A stretch of 64,000 bases of DNA from Rebecca billardiae RCC1528 (lineage: Eukaryota; Protista; Haptophyta), in contig OZ251224.1 of NCBI GenBank assembly GCA_965240325.2, positions 62,001 to 126,000 on the forward strand, read 5' to 3'. Both the position numbers and the translations under genes were made by a program. Positions 34,836 to 46,000 of the stretch are shown here, in pieces. A model generated the notes under the pieces. It made no database searches and had not been told where the DNA came from. It saw nothing but the letters and a program-made list of their open reading frames with translations. Position 1 is the first letter of the stretch, and each line of letters opens with the position of its first letter.

Positions 34836-36062
34836 TCAGCAGGACGTCGCGACCACCGCCACATGGCGCCGCGGCACGCGCCCAGCGGTGGTGACGAGGG
34901 CAGCGAAGAGCGCGGCAAAGGCGCCAAACACGGCCACTGCGGCTGCAAACTTCGGCACGTCGGGCCCGGCGATGGCCTCCGCCTCTTCGTCGTCTGCGAG
35001 TGCGCGCCCGCGCTGGGCACCCCGGCGGAAGAGCGTACGCACCGCCTGGCAAGTGGCAGCGGCAGCATCAGGAGGAAAAAAGGAGGCCGGGGAGGGGCGG
35101 GATGGAGGAGGGAGCGTGAGAGGAGCGCCTCGGACGGCGCACAGTACGGACGCGGGCGACGCTGGGTGGGTGGGCGTGTGCGCACGCGGGTGGTGCGCAT
35201 GCGCCGCCGCGTGCCAGGGCGCGCATGCGTGCGCGCACCGCAAAGAAGCACGCCGCCCCGCAGATCGGCCCCTCCTCCTCCGGGCAGGGCGCGAGCTGCG
35301 TGTACCCTTGGTGTACCCGCCAAGCGACAGCTGCCGGTCCTGCGAGCTGCTGCACGGCGCGCTCAGGCAGTACGAGCCGTAAGTGATGTCGAAGGACGAG
35401 GTGGGCTTGCCGAAGGAGAGGACGATTGCCGCCTTCTTCTGCTGGTTGGACAGCTTGTTCAGGTCGGAAGGCGACCCATCGAGCGCCTCGCCGTTGCTGC
35501 CGACAAAGAGGTCGCCCGCCGAGCACACGTCTGCAGCCACGCCCGTCGTCGCCTCGGTGACGGGCACAACGCGCAGGGCGGTGGGCTGGAAGCGGGTGTA
35601 GCTCACGCGCTTGGACTCCCACTTGTGCACGCAGGCGTACTCCGTGGTGCCGGTGCTGCTGCTCGCGTCGACGTCGAAGAGCGTGATCGAGAAGCCGGGC
35701 ACCTCGAGCGCATCCGTCGTGCCGCTGCGCACAAAGCTCAGCCGGAACTTGACCCACTCCTGGGGGTCGACCTCGAAGTCGAGCTTGCCGGGCGTGGTGT
35801 CGACCTCGGCGAAGTCGAGCGAGCCCGGCTCGGTGCGGTCGACGCCCGTCGTGATGACGTCGAACGACTGCCCCTTGTAACTCCCGGCTCGGCCGGCGAC
35901 AAGCTGGCCGCCGCTTACAATGTCGTTGCGCTCCTCCGTCGCGCGGGCGAGGTCGAAGACGACCTCGTCCCCACACGGCTGCGGCGGAGCGCCCGCCACG
36001 CTGCTCACGAGGAGGAGCGGGGCGACGAGCAGCGCCGCCTTTGCGTCCATCGCCCACGCCAT
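34836..36062 (-). CDS. Hypothetical secreted / single-pass membrane protein (probable intron near 35050-35305)
   Basis: Signal peptide (AALLVAPLLLVSSVAG), beta-rich globular region, C-terminal TM (FAAAVAVFGAFAALFAALV). 3' end uncertain. Confidence 0.65.
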   Translation of the reverse strand: MAWAMDAKAALLVAPLLLVSSVAGAPPQPCGDEVVFDLARATEERNDIVSGGQLVAGRAGSYKGQSFDVITTGVDRTEPGSLDFAEVDTTPGKLDFEVDPQEWVKFRLSFVRSGTTDALEVPGFSITLFDVDASSSTGTTEYACVHKWESKRVSYTRFQPTALRVVPVTEATTGVAADVCSAGDLFVGSNGEALDGSPSDLNKLSNQQKKAAIVLSFGKPTSSFDITYGSYCLSAPCSSSQDRQLSLGGYTKGTRSSRPARRRRGRSAGRRASLRCAHACAPWHAAAHAHHPRAHTPTHPASPASVLCAVRGAPLTLPPPSRPSPASFFPPDAAAATCQAVRTLFRRGAQRGRALADDEEAEAIAGPDVPKFAAAVAVFGAFAALFAALVTTAGRVPRRHVAVVATSC

Positions 36063-36432
36063 CGCACTTGGAGGCGCCTGCCCGCACGGTGGTGGTGGGT
36101 CAAGCGGTCTCGTTGGTAACACTGCCCACCCACCCGATCGCGACGCGCCGGCGTGGGCCGCGCCCAGGCATTTCGGCTCCGTCGTCGGCTGTCTATCTAT
36201 CAACCACCGCCACTGGGAACCTGTCTTGATGGTTGTATAACCGCTCGGTTATGCGGGTATAACTCACCGGTAGCCCTCATGAGGGCGGGCTGGTGCGTGT
36301 GCGTCGGCGGTAGGCCGCCCTCAGCCCTCGCTCTCTCCACTCGTGCACCTGCCCTGCTTGCTGCCAACGCGCGATCGGGCTGTCTGTCGCTTCTGCTCGC
36401 TGCGAGGGCACCTCGGACCCCTCCGGGTGCTC

Positions 36433-36750
36433 TCTGCTTTCGATGGGGGCGCCTCGGAACCGCTTCGAGGCGTCCCCGTCTGCAATCGTCCCATGCTCTG
36501 CTTTCGATGGGGGCGCCTCGGAACCGCTTCGGGGCGTCCCCGTCTGCAATCTTCTCATGCTCTGCTTTCGATGGGGGCGCCTCGGAACCGCTTCGGGGCG
36601 TCCCCGTCTGCAATCTTCTCATGCTCTGCTTTCGATGGGGGCGCCTCGGAACCGCTTCGAGGCGTCCCCGTCTGCAATCTCCGCATGCTCTGCTTTCGAT
36701 GGGGGCGCCTCGGAACCGCTCCCAGGCGTCCCCGTCTGCAATCTTCTCAC
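36433..36750 (+). repeat. 64-bp hairpin tandem array, 5 copies
   Basis: cgatgggggcgcctcggaaccgcttcg at 36441, 36505, 36569, 36633 and 36697. Confidence 0.95.
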
Positions 36751-38874
36751 GCTTCGCAGTCTCGCTTGCCTTCATCGCCTGGCGGGTGGGTGCTGCTCTC
36801 TCCTTCTCTGCCGCCTCCTCCGTGCAGTCTGCAGTGCACTGCTGTGTGTGGGGATGCGACCTGCTACCTTATCTGACGCTACGCGTGCGCGTGCGTGTCT
36901 CGCGCCTGCTTCCCGCCTGCGCCGCCGCCGCCGCGCATGTCTTTGTGCCTACTCGTCGCAATTACCGTCGGGTTCGTCCTCACACAATCCTGCGGGGAGC
37001 CCCTCTGGGCCTCGGCCGCCTTCGGTCCTCGCGCTACCCCTTCGGCGGCCTCGGCCTCTTCGGGCCCCCGGCCACCACCCCTACGGGGTGTGGCATTCCA
37101 CACCTCCTTCTGGGTGGAGGCCCTCGAGGCCTCTGCCCCCTGCGGCGCCGCGCTCGGCCCAAACTTGCGTTGGGGGAGGGCGTCGGCTGCCAGCGCCTGC
37201 GGTCTATCTACGTGCTCCATCGAGTACTTCCTCTTCGGCGTCTAGGCGGTCGGCTTCTGTCGGCGTAGTTGCTCGAATGCATCGGCGAGTCCTTTCTGGT
37301 CGGCGTCGCATCCTGGACGGCTTCGGGGGTGTGACCTAGTCACCTCACGCGTTTATCAACGCGGCCCCCACCTCAATCTACTCTCATGTGGGTCTACCGA
37401 GTGAGTTATGGTTGTATAACCGCTCGGTTATGCGGGTATAACTCACCGGTAGCCCTCATGAGGGCGGGCTGGCAGCCCGGGTCCGGCTGCCCGAAGGTTT
37501 TCCGGTCGTCAAGCCGAGTCAGGCCCGGACAGGGGGTGGGCGCGGATCCGCGCAGTAGCTTGGCAAGCGATGCGCCTCTCTGCGCGCGCTCGCTGGCTGC
37601 ATCCGCGGCTCGGCGGCCGGCGTGGCTGCTGGGTCACCGCGGCGCTGGTGGCTGCCCCTCCTCTGGGAGTTGTTTCTCCCTGCCCTCCCACCCGGCTGGT
37701 TGCTGGGTGGGCATGGCCTGGGTGCGCGCGGTGTCGGGGGGGTGGAGGCCCTCGAGGCCTCTGCCCCCTGCGGCGCCGCGCTCGGCCCAAACTTGCGTTG
37801 GGGGAGGGCGTCGGCTGCCAGCGCCTGCGGTCTATCTGGGCCGAGCGCGGCGCCGCAGGGGGCAGAGGCCTCGAGGGCCTCCACCCCCCCCGACACCGCG
37901 CGCACCCAGGCCATGCCCACCCAGCAACCAGCCGGGTGGGAGGGCAGGGAGAAACAACTCCCAGAGGAGGGGCAGCCACCAGCGCCGCGGTGACCCAGCA
38001 GCCACGCCGGCCGCCGAGCCGCGGATGCAGCCAGCGAGCGCGCGCAGAGAGGCGCATCGCTTGCCAAGCTACTGCGCGGATCCGCGCCCACCCCCTGTCC
38101 GGGCCTGGCTCGGCTTGACGACCGGAAAACCTTCGGGCAGCCGGACCCGGGCTGCCAGCCCGCCCTCATGAGGGCTACCGGTGAGTTATACCCGCATAAC
38201 CGAGCGGTTATACAACCATAACTCACTCGGTAGACCCACATGAGAGTAGATTGAGGTGGGGGCCGCGTTGATAAACGCGTGAGGTGACTAGGTCACACCC
38301 CCGAAGCCGTCCAGGATGCGACGCCGACCAGAAAGGACTCGCCGATGCATTCGAGCAACTACGCCGACAGAAGCCGACCGCCTAGACGCCGAAGAGGAAG
38401 TACTCGATGGAGCACGTAGATAGACCGCAGGCGCTGGCAGCCGACGCCCTCCCCCAACGCAAGTTTGGGCCGAGCGCGGCGCCGCAGGGGGCAGAGGCCT
38501 CGAGGGCCTCCACCCAGAAGGAGGTGTGGAATGCCACACCCCGTAGGGGTGGTGGCCGGGGGCCCGAAGAGGCCGAGGCCGCCGAAGGGGTAGCGCGAGG
38601 ACCGAAGGCGGCCGAGGCCCAGAGGGGCTCCCCGCAGGATTGTGTGAGGACGAACCCGACGGTAAGTGCGACGAGTAGGCACAAAGACATGCGCGGCGGC
38701 GGCGGCGCAGGCGGGAAGCAGGCGCGAGACACGCACGCGCACGCGTAGCGTCAGATAAGGTAGCAGGTCGCATCCCCACACACAGCAGTGCACTGCAGAC
38801 TGCAGAGGAGGCGGCAGAGAAGGAGAGAGGAGCACCCACCCGCCAGGCGATGAAGGCAAGCGAGACTGCGAAGC

Positions 38875-39192
38875 GTGAGAAGATTGCAGACGGGGACGCC
38901 TGGGAGCGGTTCCGAGGCGCCCCCATCGAAAGCAGAGCATGCGGAGATTGCAGACGGGGACGCCTCGAAGCGGTTCCGAGGCGCCCCCATCGAAAGCAGA
39001 GCATGAGAAGATTGCAGATGGGGACGCCCCGAAGCGGTTCCGAGGCGCCCCCATCGAAAGCAGAGCATGAGAAGATTGCAGACGGGGACGCCCCGAAGCG
39101 GTTCCGAGGCGCCCCCATCGAAAGCAGAGCATGGGACGATTGCAGACGGGGACGCCTCGAAGCGGTTCCGAGGCGCCCCCATCGAAAGCAGA
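38875..39192 (-). repeat. 64-bp hairpin tandem array, 5 copies (inverted)
   Basis: Reverse complement of the 36433-36750 array. Confidence 0.95.
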
Positions 39193-39994
39193 GAGCACCC
39201 GGAGGGGTCCGAGGTGCCCTCGCAGCGAGCAGAAGCGACAGACAGCCCGATCGCGCGTTGGCAGCAAGCAGGGCAGGTGCACGAGTGGAGAGAGCGAGGG
39301 CTGAGGGCGGCCTACCGCCGACGCACACGCACCTGGAAGAAACAACTCCCAGAGGAGGGGCAGCCACCAGCGCCGCGGTGACCCAGCAGCCACGCCGGCC
39401 GCCGAGCCGCGGATGCAGCCAGCGAGCGCGCGCAGAGAGGCGCATCGCTTGCCAAGCTACTGCGCGGATCCGCGCCCACCCCCTGTCCGGGCCTGGCTCG
39501 GCTTGACGACCGGAAAACCTTCGGGCAGCCGGACCCGGGCTGCCAGCCCGCCCTCATGAGGGCTACCGGTGAGTTATACCCGCATAACCGAGCGGTTATA
39601 CAACCATAACTCACCGGTAGCCCTCATGAGGGCGGGCTGGCAGCCAGGGTCCGGCTGCCTGGAGGTTTTCCGGTCGTAAAGCAGAGCCAGGCCCGGACTG
39701 GTGGGCGCGGGTCTGGATTCGCTCAGCAGCTCGGCAAGCGATGCGCGTCTGGGTGCGGCCGCGCTCGCTGGCTGCACCCGCTGCGCGGCGGCCGGCGTGG
39801 CTGCTCTGGTCACCGCTGCGCTGGTGGCTGCCCCTCCTCTGGGAGTTGTTTCTTCCAGGTGCGTGTGCGTCGGCGGTAGGCCGCCCTCAGCCCTCGCTCT
39901 CCCCACTCGTGCACCTGCCCTGCTTGCTGCCAACGCGCGATCGGGCTGTCTGTCGCTTCTCTCTGCGAGGGCACCTCGGACCCCTCCGGGTGCT

Positions 39995-40325
39995 CTCTGC
40001 TTTCGATGGGGGCGCCTCGGAGCCGCTTCGAGGCGTCCCCGTCTGCAATCTTCTCATGCTCTATCTGCTTTCGATGGGGGCGCCTCGGAACCGCTTCGAG
40101 GCGTCCCCGTCTGCAATCTATCTTCTCATGCTCTGCTTTCGATGGGGGCGCCTCGGAACCGCTTCGAGGCGTCCCCGTCTGCAATCTTCTCATGCTCTGC
40201 TTTCGATGGGGGCGCCTCGGAACCGCTTCGAGGCGTCCCCCGTCTGCAATCTTCTCATGCTCTGCTTTCGATGGGGGCGCCTCTGAACCGCTCCCAGGCG
40301 TCCCCGTCTGCAATCTTCTCACGTT
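39995..40325 (+). repeat. 64-bp hairpin tandem array, 5 copies with small indels
   Basis: Same unit; indels fall mostly in the linker. Confidence 0.93.
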
Positions 40326-40731
40326 TCGCAGTCTCGCTTGCCTTCATCGCCTGGCGTGGGTGCTGCTCTCTCCTTCTCTGCCGCCTCCTCTGCAGTCTGC
40401 CGTGCACTGCTGTGTGTGGGATGCGACCTGCTACCTTATCTGACGCTACGCGTGCGTGTCTCGCGCCTGCTTCCCGCCTGCGCCGCCGCCGCCGCGCATG
40501 TCTTCGTGCCCACTGTCGCATGCCGTCTGGATCGTCCTTACTCATACAATCCTGCGGGGAGCCCCTCTGGGCCTCTGCCGCCTTCGGTCCTCGCGCTACC
40601 CCTTCGGCGGCCTCGGCCTCTTCGGGCCCCCGGCCACCACCCCTGCGGGGTGTGGCATTCCACACCTCCTTCTGGGTGGAGGCCCTCGAGGCCTCTGCCT
40701 CCTGCGCCGCCGCGCTCTGCCCAAACTTGCG

Positions 40732-40765
<34 letters not shown>

Positions 40766-42644
40766 CGGCTGCCAGCGCCTGCGGTCTACGTGCTCCATCG
40801 AGTACTTCCTCTTCGGCGTCTAGGCGGTCATCGGCTTCTGTCGGCGTAGTTGCTCGAATGCATCGGCGAGTCCTTTCTGGTCGGCGTCGCATCCTGGACG
40901 GCTTCGGGGGTGTGACCTAGTCACCTCACGCGTTTATCAACGCGGCCCCCACCTCAATCTACTCTCACGTGGGTCTACCGAGTGAGTTATGGTTGTATAA
41001 CCGCTCGGTTATGCGGGTATAACTCACCGGTAGCCCTCATGAGGGCTGGCAGCCAGGGTCCGGCTGCCTGGAGGTTTTCCGGTCGTCAAGCAGAGCCAGG
41101 CCCGGACTGGTGGGCGCGGGTCTGGATTCGCTCAGCAGCTCGGCAAGCGATGCGCGTCTGGGTGCGGCCGCGCTCGCTGGCTGCACCCGCTGCGCGGCGG
41201 CCGGCGTGGCTGCTCTGGTCACCGCTGCCCTGGTGGCTGCCCCTCCTCTGGGAGTTGTTTCTCCCTGCCCTCCCACCCTGCTGGTACTCTCCTCCGGACT
41301 GCGCCGCCATCGTTACTCGGCGGGCACAGCCCACTCGCGTGAAGCGAGTGCGATGGCGGAGAATACAAGGCCCAGCCAGACTGGGAACGCCCTTCGGTAG
41401 TGCCGTCCTACCGCTGCGTCGTTACAACAAATCTTTTACCCAACCCCAGGCCCCAGCCCCCCATTAGTAAACAGGGGGGGCCTTGCGGCCTTGTCCCGGT
41501 GGGGCTGGTCGAACACAGCGCGTGTAGGACGACGGAGAAGCTTCCCAGGGCCGGCAGACCCGACGACGATGGGACGAGTAGGCCGTTCAGCGCTGACTGA
41601 CGGTATCATCCGGTGGCGCGCCGCAGTCGCGCGTGCGATTAAGCCACGGGTGCGGCAGCTGCGGCACTTCTGCAAGGCCCACCGAGGCGCACGGCGAGGG
41701 CGCGAGGCGCGCGTCGATGCGGTCGTCGCTGCGCACGGCCGCTCGGGCACGACGGCACGGCAACGGCACGCACCGCGGATGGCCCACCGGACCCTGTAGG
41801 CGCGGGGCGAGCGGCGCAGGCCGGCAGGGCACAACCGACTGCACTGCGTAGACTCCTGCTAAGCCGTCGCTGAGCACGGCCCGTCGGGCACGACGTGGTA
41901 CGAGCGGCTCGCGTCGGTGTGCATGTTGTGTTGTGCAGCTACGCCGGTCCGCGATGGCGCCGCGAGCCGCGGGCGGCGCGGGTGACGGCTCGAAGGCCGC
42001 GCCTGTTGATGACGAGCCAGGGCGAGTAGTAGTAGTCGGGCATGAGTCGGCGAGCGGGTGGCTTATGGTAGGCTTGTGGTACGAGCTTCTCCATGAGGCC
42101 GTTCGTGCACGTCATCTGATGCGGTCGCGGCTGCTTGATAGTTGATCGCCGCCACGTGCCGCTGGATCTCCGACAGATCGGCGCAGTTCCTCGCGACGCC
42201 GAAGTGATGGCATCCAGCGCTGGGTTCGGCGGACGGGCCCGCGGAGCTGTTCCTCGGTCGCGCACGTGTGTGCGAGTCGAGCCACGCCGGCTGAGCGCCA
42301 TTCTGCGTGTCGCGCGACGCGCGCGGCCTTCGCCTCCTGGACTTGGGGAGTGGATGGTCGTAGAAAAGCGTCAACAAATAGGTGCAAGCAACGACATCCC
42401 TATGATGCGCGCTCAAAAAGGTAATGACATGCGTTCTCGATTCCCGAGGCGTGCCTAATCAAAAATCGTTTCGGGGTCCATTGTTCGTATTCCTACTCCG
42501 GTATTACTTGGGACAGCAGTATTGGACACCAATTATGATAAAGGGGGTCGGAGCTGGGTCTCCCAGAGCTTTCTCACGAATTAAAATATATGGCGGGCCG
42601 TATTGTTTGAAGCTGTGTTCACCAGAATTCCATCGAGTTCAGTA

Positions 42645-42910
42645 CAGTTTACTAAGAATAAGAGACGCACACAGCTCAGGCAGGCGAGATTGACGCCCGC
42701 CAACTGTCACCGCCCATGAAGCCGTCGCCGATGGTAGCGCCGCCGGAAAAATTCGTTCAGCCGTCCGCCTGCGAGGCCTGGATGAGGGCTGCGGCCGCCT
42801 CGCGGCGCGCCAGCGCCCGTCGTCCTCGCCCCACCGTCGTCCACAAAACGTCGTCGTCCGAACTCGCCGACTGGGCGCCGATGCGACAGCGCGCCGACAG
42901 GATGAGGATG
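42645..42910 (-). mobile_element. Truncated DNA transposon end (variant A, TA|CAGTTTACTAAG...), abutting the LINE 3' region
   Basis: 42645-42845 nearly identical to 57351-57555; preceded by TA at 42643-42644. Confidence 0.85.
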
Positions 42911-43001
42911 TAGTAGGGAATGTAGAGCCCCACTGTCAGTTGGGGAAGGTGTGTATCAAGCGGCATGACTGGGGTAGCTTATCACACAGAAGGCCCGGCC
43001 C

Positions 43002-46000
43002 TCAGGTGATATGTGCCCCAGTGTGGCGTGTCGGCCTCAAAGCCGGCGGCAGGGTTCTGTGGCCCGGAGCAGGGTTTGCTGGCGCATCAGCTGTGTGGGC
43101 CGGGGCGTCCGGCTGTTTGCGTTTGCGGGCCGGGGCCGGCTCTGATGCCACCCCGCCGCTCATGCTGGCCTGCATGTATGGCTGCTGCCCAAGGTCAGCC
43201 CCTGCTGGCTTCTCCCGGGCAGGCTGTGTCGGCGCGCCGGGTGCGCGCGAAGCGTCGTTTTGCCGGTGTGGAGCTGCAGTCATGGCCGCGCCGCGCGTGC
43301 GGCGCTGGCACAGCCTGGCAGACTTGCGTAGGGGCGGGGCCTCCGGCACCGCAGGCGTCGGGGGTCTGGGCTGGTCAGGAGCGGGGGCGCCAGGCCAGAG
43401 AGGCTGCTGCAGGGTATCGGAATCCGGGCGGCTCCGTTTGGCCGGCGGGCCACGCCCCACCACGGGGGGGTCGCCACGCGGCGCGACGGGTGGTGCTTGA
43501 GCGCCGGCGCTGCTGCTGGCACCTCCCTGGCTACACCCCGGGGGGTGTCCAAGCGGGGGGGCGAGTGCCACCGGTGACTGGGGGCGGCCTGTGCAGGCCC
43601 TGTGCATAGGGCGCTTGCCGGTGCCTGCAGCGGTGCTTGGCGGAGGCAGCGCAGAGCTGTCCGGCAACCGCCGCGGCCCATCACCAGCACCTGTGCCATG
43701 GTCCTCAGGGCAGTCGTCTGGCCGGTCCCTGGGCTGTTTGCCGCGCCGATTGCTTGTGGGGCAGCGCTCCCTGTCCTCGAGACCCGGTCGGCTCGGCAGC
43801 GGCAGCACAGGCTCGTAGTGCCCGGTGCCATCAAAGTACACTGCTGCAAGAGTTGGGTCACGCGCAAGGAGGCGTTCGCGTACCGACTGTTGCTGGCGCA
43901 GATCCGCGGGAGCACCTGCAGGCCCCCCTTGCGGGTGTTGCCAGCGTTGGGGGTCCGTATACACTGGGTTGTTCATGCTGGACCACCGCGGCACGTGCCT
44001 ATACAGCGTGCACGCCACCAGGTGCCCGACTGCATCCGAGCTCTCGGGCCTGCCTGCTGTCCCACCGGCAGGGGCAGTCTGGCTGGCGCGCGGCTGGAAC
44101 ACTGCGATGTCACGCCCCATGACGGCCGCAACCGCGGGTATCATGACAGTGGGCCAGTACCTCGACGCCCCACCGGCGGCGAGCCTGCCATCGGCCCCGT
44201 AGCTCGCTGCAGCCCTGAGCGGCCCGGCGAACTCGTGCAGGGTTGGCTGGGCACCCTGCCCATGGTATGTGGCCCTATAGCTGTCAGACATGCTGATGGC
44301 CTCCAGTCCATCCGCGTCCACGAGCCCCAATTGAAGCCGGTGTGTCCGTGAGAGGTGTGCTGTGCCGAGCACCCAGTCCACAGCAGCTGCTCTGAGGAAG
44401 CGGACTGCCTGGTAGGCGGCGGTGCAGGGGCCCACTGCGGCGGCACGCTCCTCGACATAGCCCATGGCTGCCAGCAGGAGGCAGTCCCCATGCATGCAAG
44501 TAGGGTACACAGCATGCCCCACTGCTGCCAGCAGCTCAGTGGCCGCCCCGCGCCACTGTGGCTGGACAGCAACGTAGGCAGGCATAGGTGGCAGCCGCAC
44601 TGAGGGCCGCCGGTGTGCAGGGTGTTGAGAGTGGCCGGCAGCCACATCGTCGATTGGGGGGCCCGCAGTGCGAGGGGTGGAGCCTGCCGCTGCTGCCAAC
44701 CGCCGCTGCTGGGCAGGGGGCCCACTCGCACCGCTATCATCCTGGTGTGCCAGGGCGTCTGCATCGGGCGAGCGGGGCCGCCGCCTGCTGCCACGCTGTG
44801 CGCCGTGCATCGCCGCGCCAGCCAGGCCAGCGTGCGCTGCCGCTGGCGGCCCAGCTGCGGCGCCCTCCTGCACCGGGCCCAGCAGCTGTGCAGGCAGGGG
44901 GTGGCTCGCCGCTGCTGGAGCAAGGCCAGGCCCCAACGCAGCGGGCGCCTGCGCATCGCTGGCGGGGGCATCTGCAGCCGGTGGGGCAGCTGCGGCCGGC
45001 TGCTGTTGCAGCAGCTCATCGGGGGCTGGCGAGTCTTCAGCAGGTGGGCCTGGCTCTGCCACCTCAGCAGCAGGGGCGGGCTCCGCCTGGCTGGCAGCCG
45101 CCCGGCCTTGCTTATGGAGGAGGGCCCAGTACTTATCCAAGTCGTACGTCTTGGCATACGCCGAGCTGAGGCTCAGCGCCCTGCGCTCGTCGTGGATTTT
45201 GCTGGCGGCCAGGGCCAAGGGCTTGTGGATCATCCCCGCGGAGTACGGCACCGGCTGGCCGCCAGGCGGCTGGTGGGCAGCCAGTGCTTGCTTCACAGCT
45301 GTGACAGTGGCCTCGGTCACCTTGCCAGCATAGTAGAAGGGGTGAAGCGTCGCCTGGACCGCGAGTCGGGTGGCTTCGGGCTGTGGGATGGCGCCATTCG
45401 AGGCCTTACGTATCGCAGCTCCCACCCTGTCCTCAGCGTTCCGCTGCGCGTGTGCGTGCTGGCACTGATGGAAGACGTGGTGCACGCTATCCGGCCCTGG
45501 GTTCGGGTCCCCCGCCTTCAGGCAGAATAGGCACTCTGTGCCCAGGGCATAGGTCGCCCGCGAGCTGGTGCACCGTCGCCGGACACCAGCCAGGGCCGGT
45601 GTGGCTGCCACAGCATCCGCATTGTAAACCAGTGCACCGACCGCGCAGCGCAGCACAAACTTACTGATGCGCTCGCGGCACCACTGGTTCTGAAGCGAGT
45701 GTGTGGACTCGCTGACATCGCATGGGAGCGGGGTACCGCCCTGGTGGTCGGGTTCCTGGTCACTGTCGGGTCCAGCCAGTTTGAGCCTGTACTTCGCTGC
45801 TGCAGCAGGCGTGGCAGCATGTGCCTCCAGCGCAGCCCTGCGCGCCCTGTCCATGACGCGGGTGCGGACCTGGTTTGGGCAGGACGGTAGCAACGTGGCA
45901 GAGCCGTGCTCCATCAGTGACACTCTGTACGGCAGCCAGACCATCGGCCCCAGTGCGAACGATGCCTGCCGGTCACCCCTGGCGACCTGCTTGCTGGCCC

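Larger units (their letters stand above)
36229..41286. mobile_element. Cluster of three copies (+,-,+) of a ~1.4-1.7 kb non-coding element with ~290-bp terminal direct repeats and an internal 64-bp tandem array
   Basis: Block atggttgtataaccgctcggttatgcgggtataactcaccggtagccctcatgagggc at 36229, 37408 and 40989, inverted at about 38160-38219 and 39550-39607. The third copy is a diverged variant. No credible ORF. Confidence 0.85.

Noticed and set aside
36433-36750. CRISPR array
   Set aside because: Linkers between the hairpins are constant rather than unique spacers; no cas genes; eukaryotic context.
37478-37570. HDV-like ribozyme in the terminal repeat
   Set aside because: Partial P1/P2/P4-like pairings only; L3 and J4/2 do not fit and are not kept in the diverged copy.
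36153-41467. Protein-coding ORFs within the repeat cluster
   Set aside because: All frames are open because of GC content and the 64-bp repeat; no domain motifs, and frames are not conserved between copies.
45490-45512. Second 2A-like NPGP (GDPNPGP)
   Set aside because: It lies inside the CCHC zinc knuckle and lacks the conserved Glu; likely coincidental.
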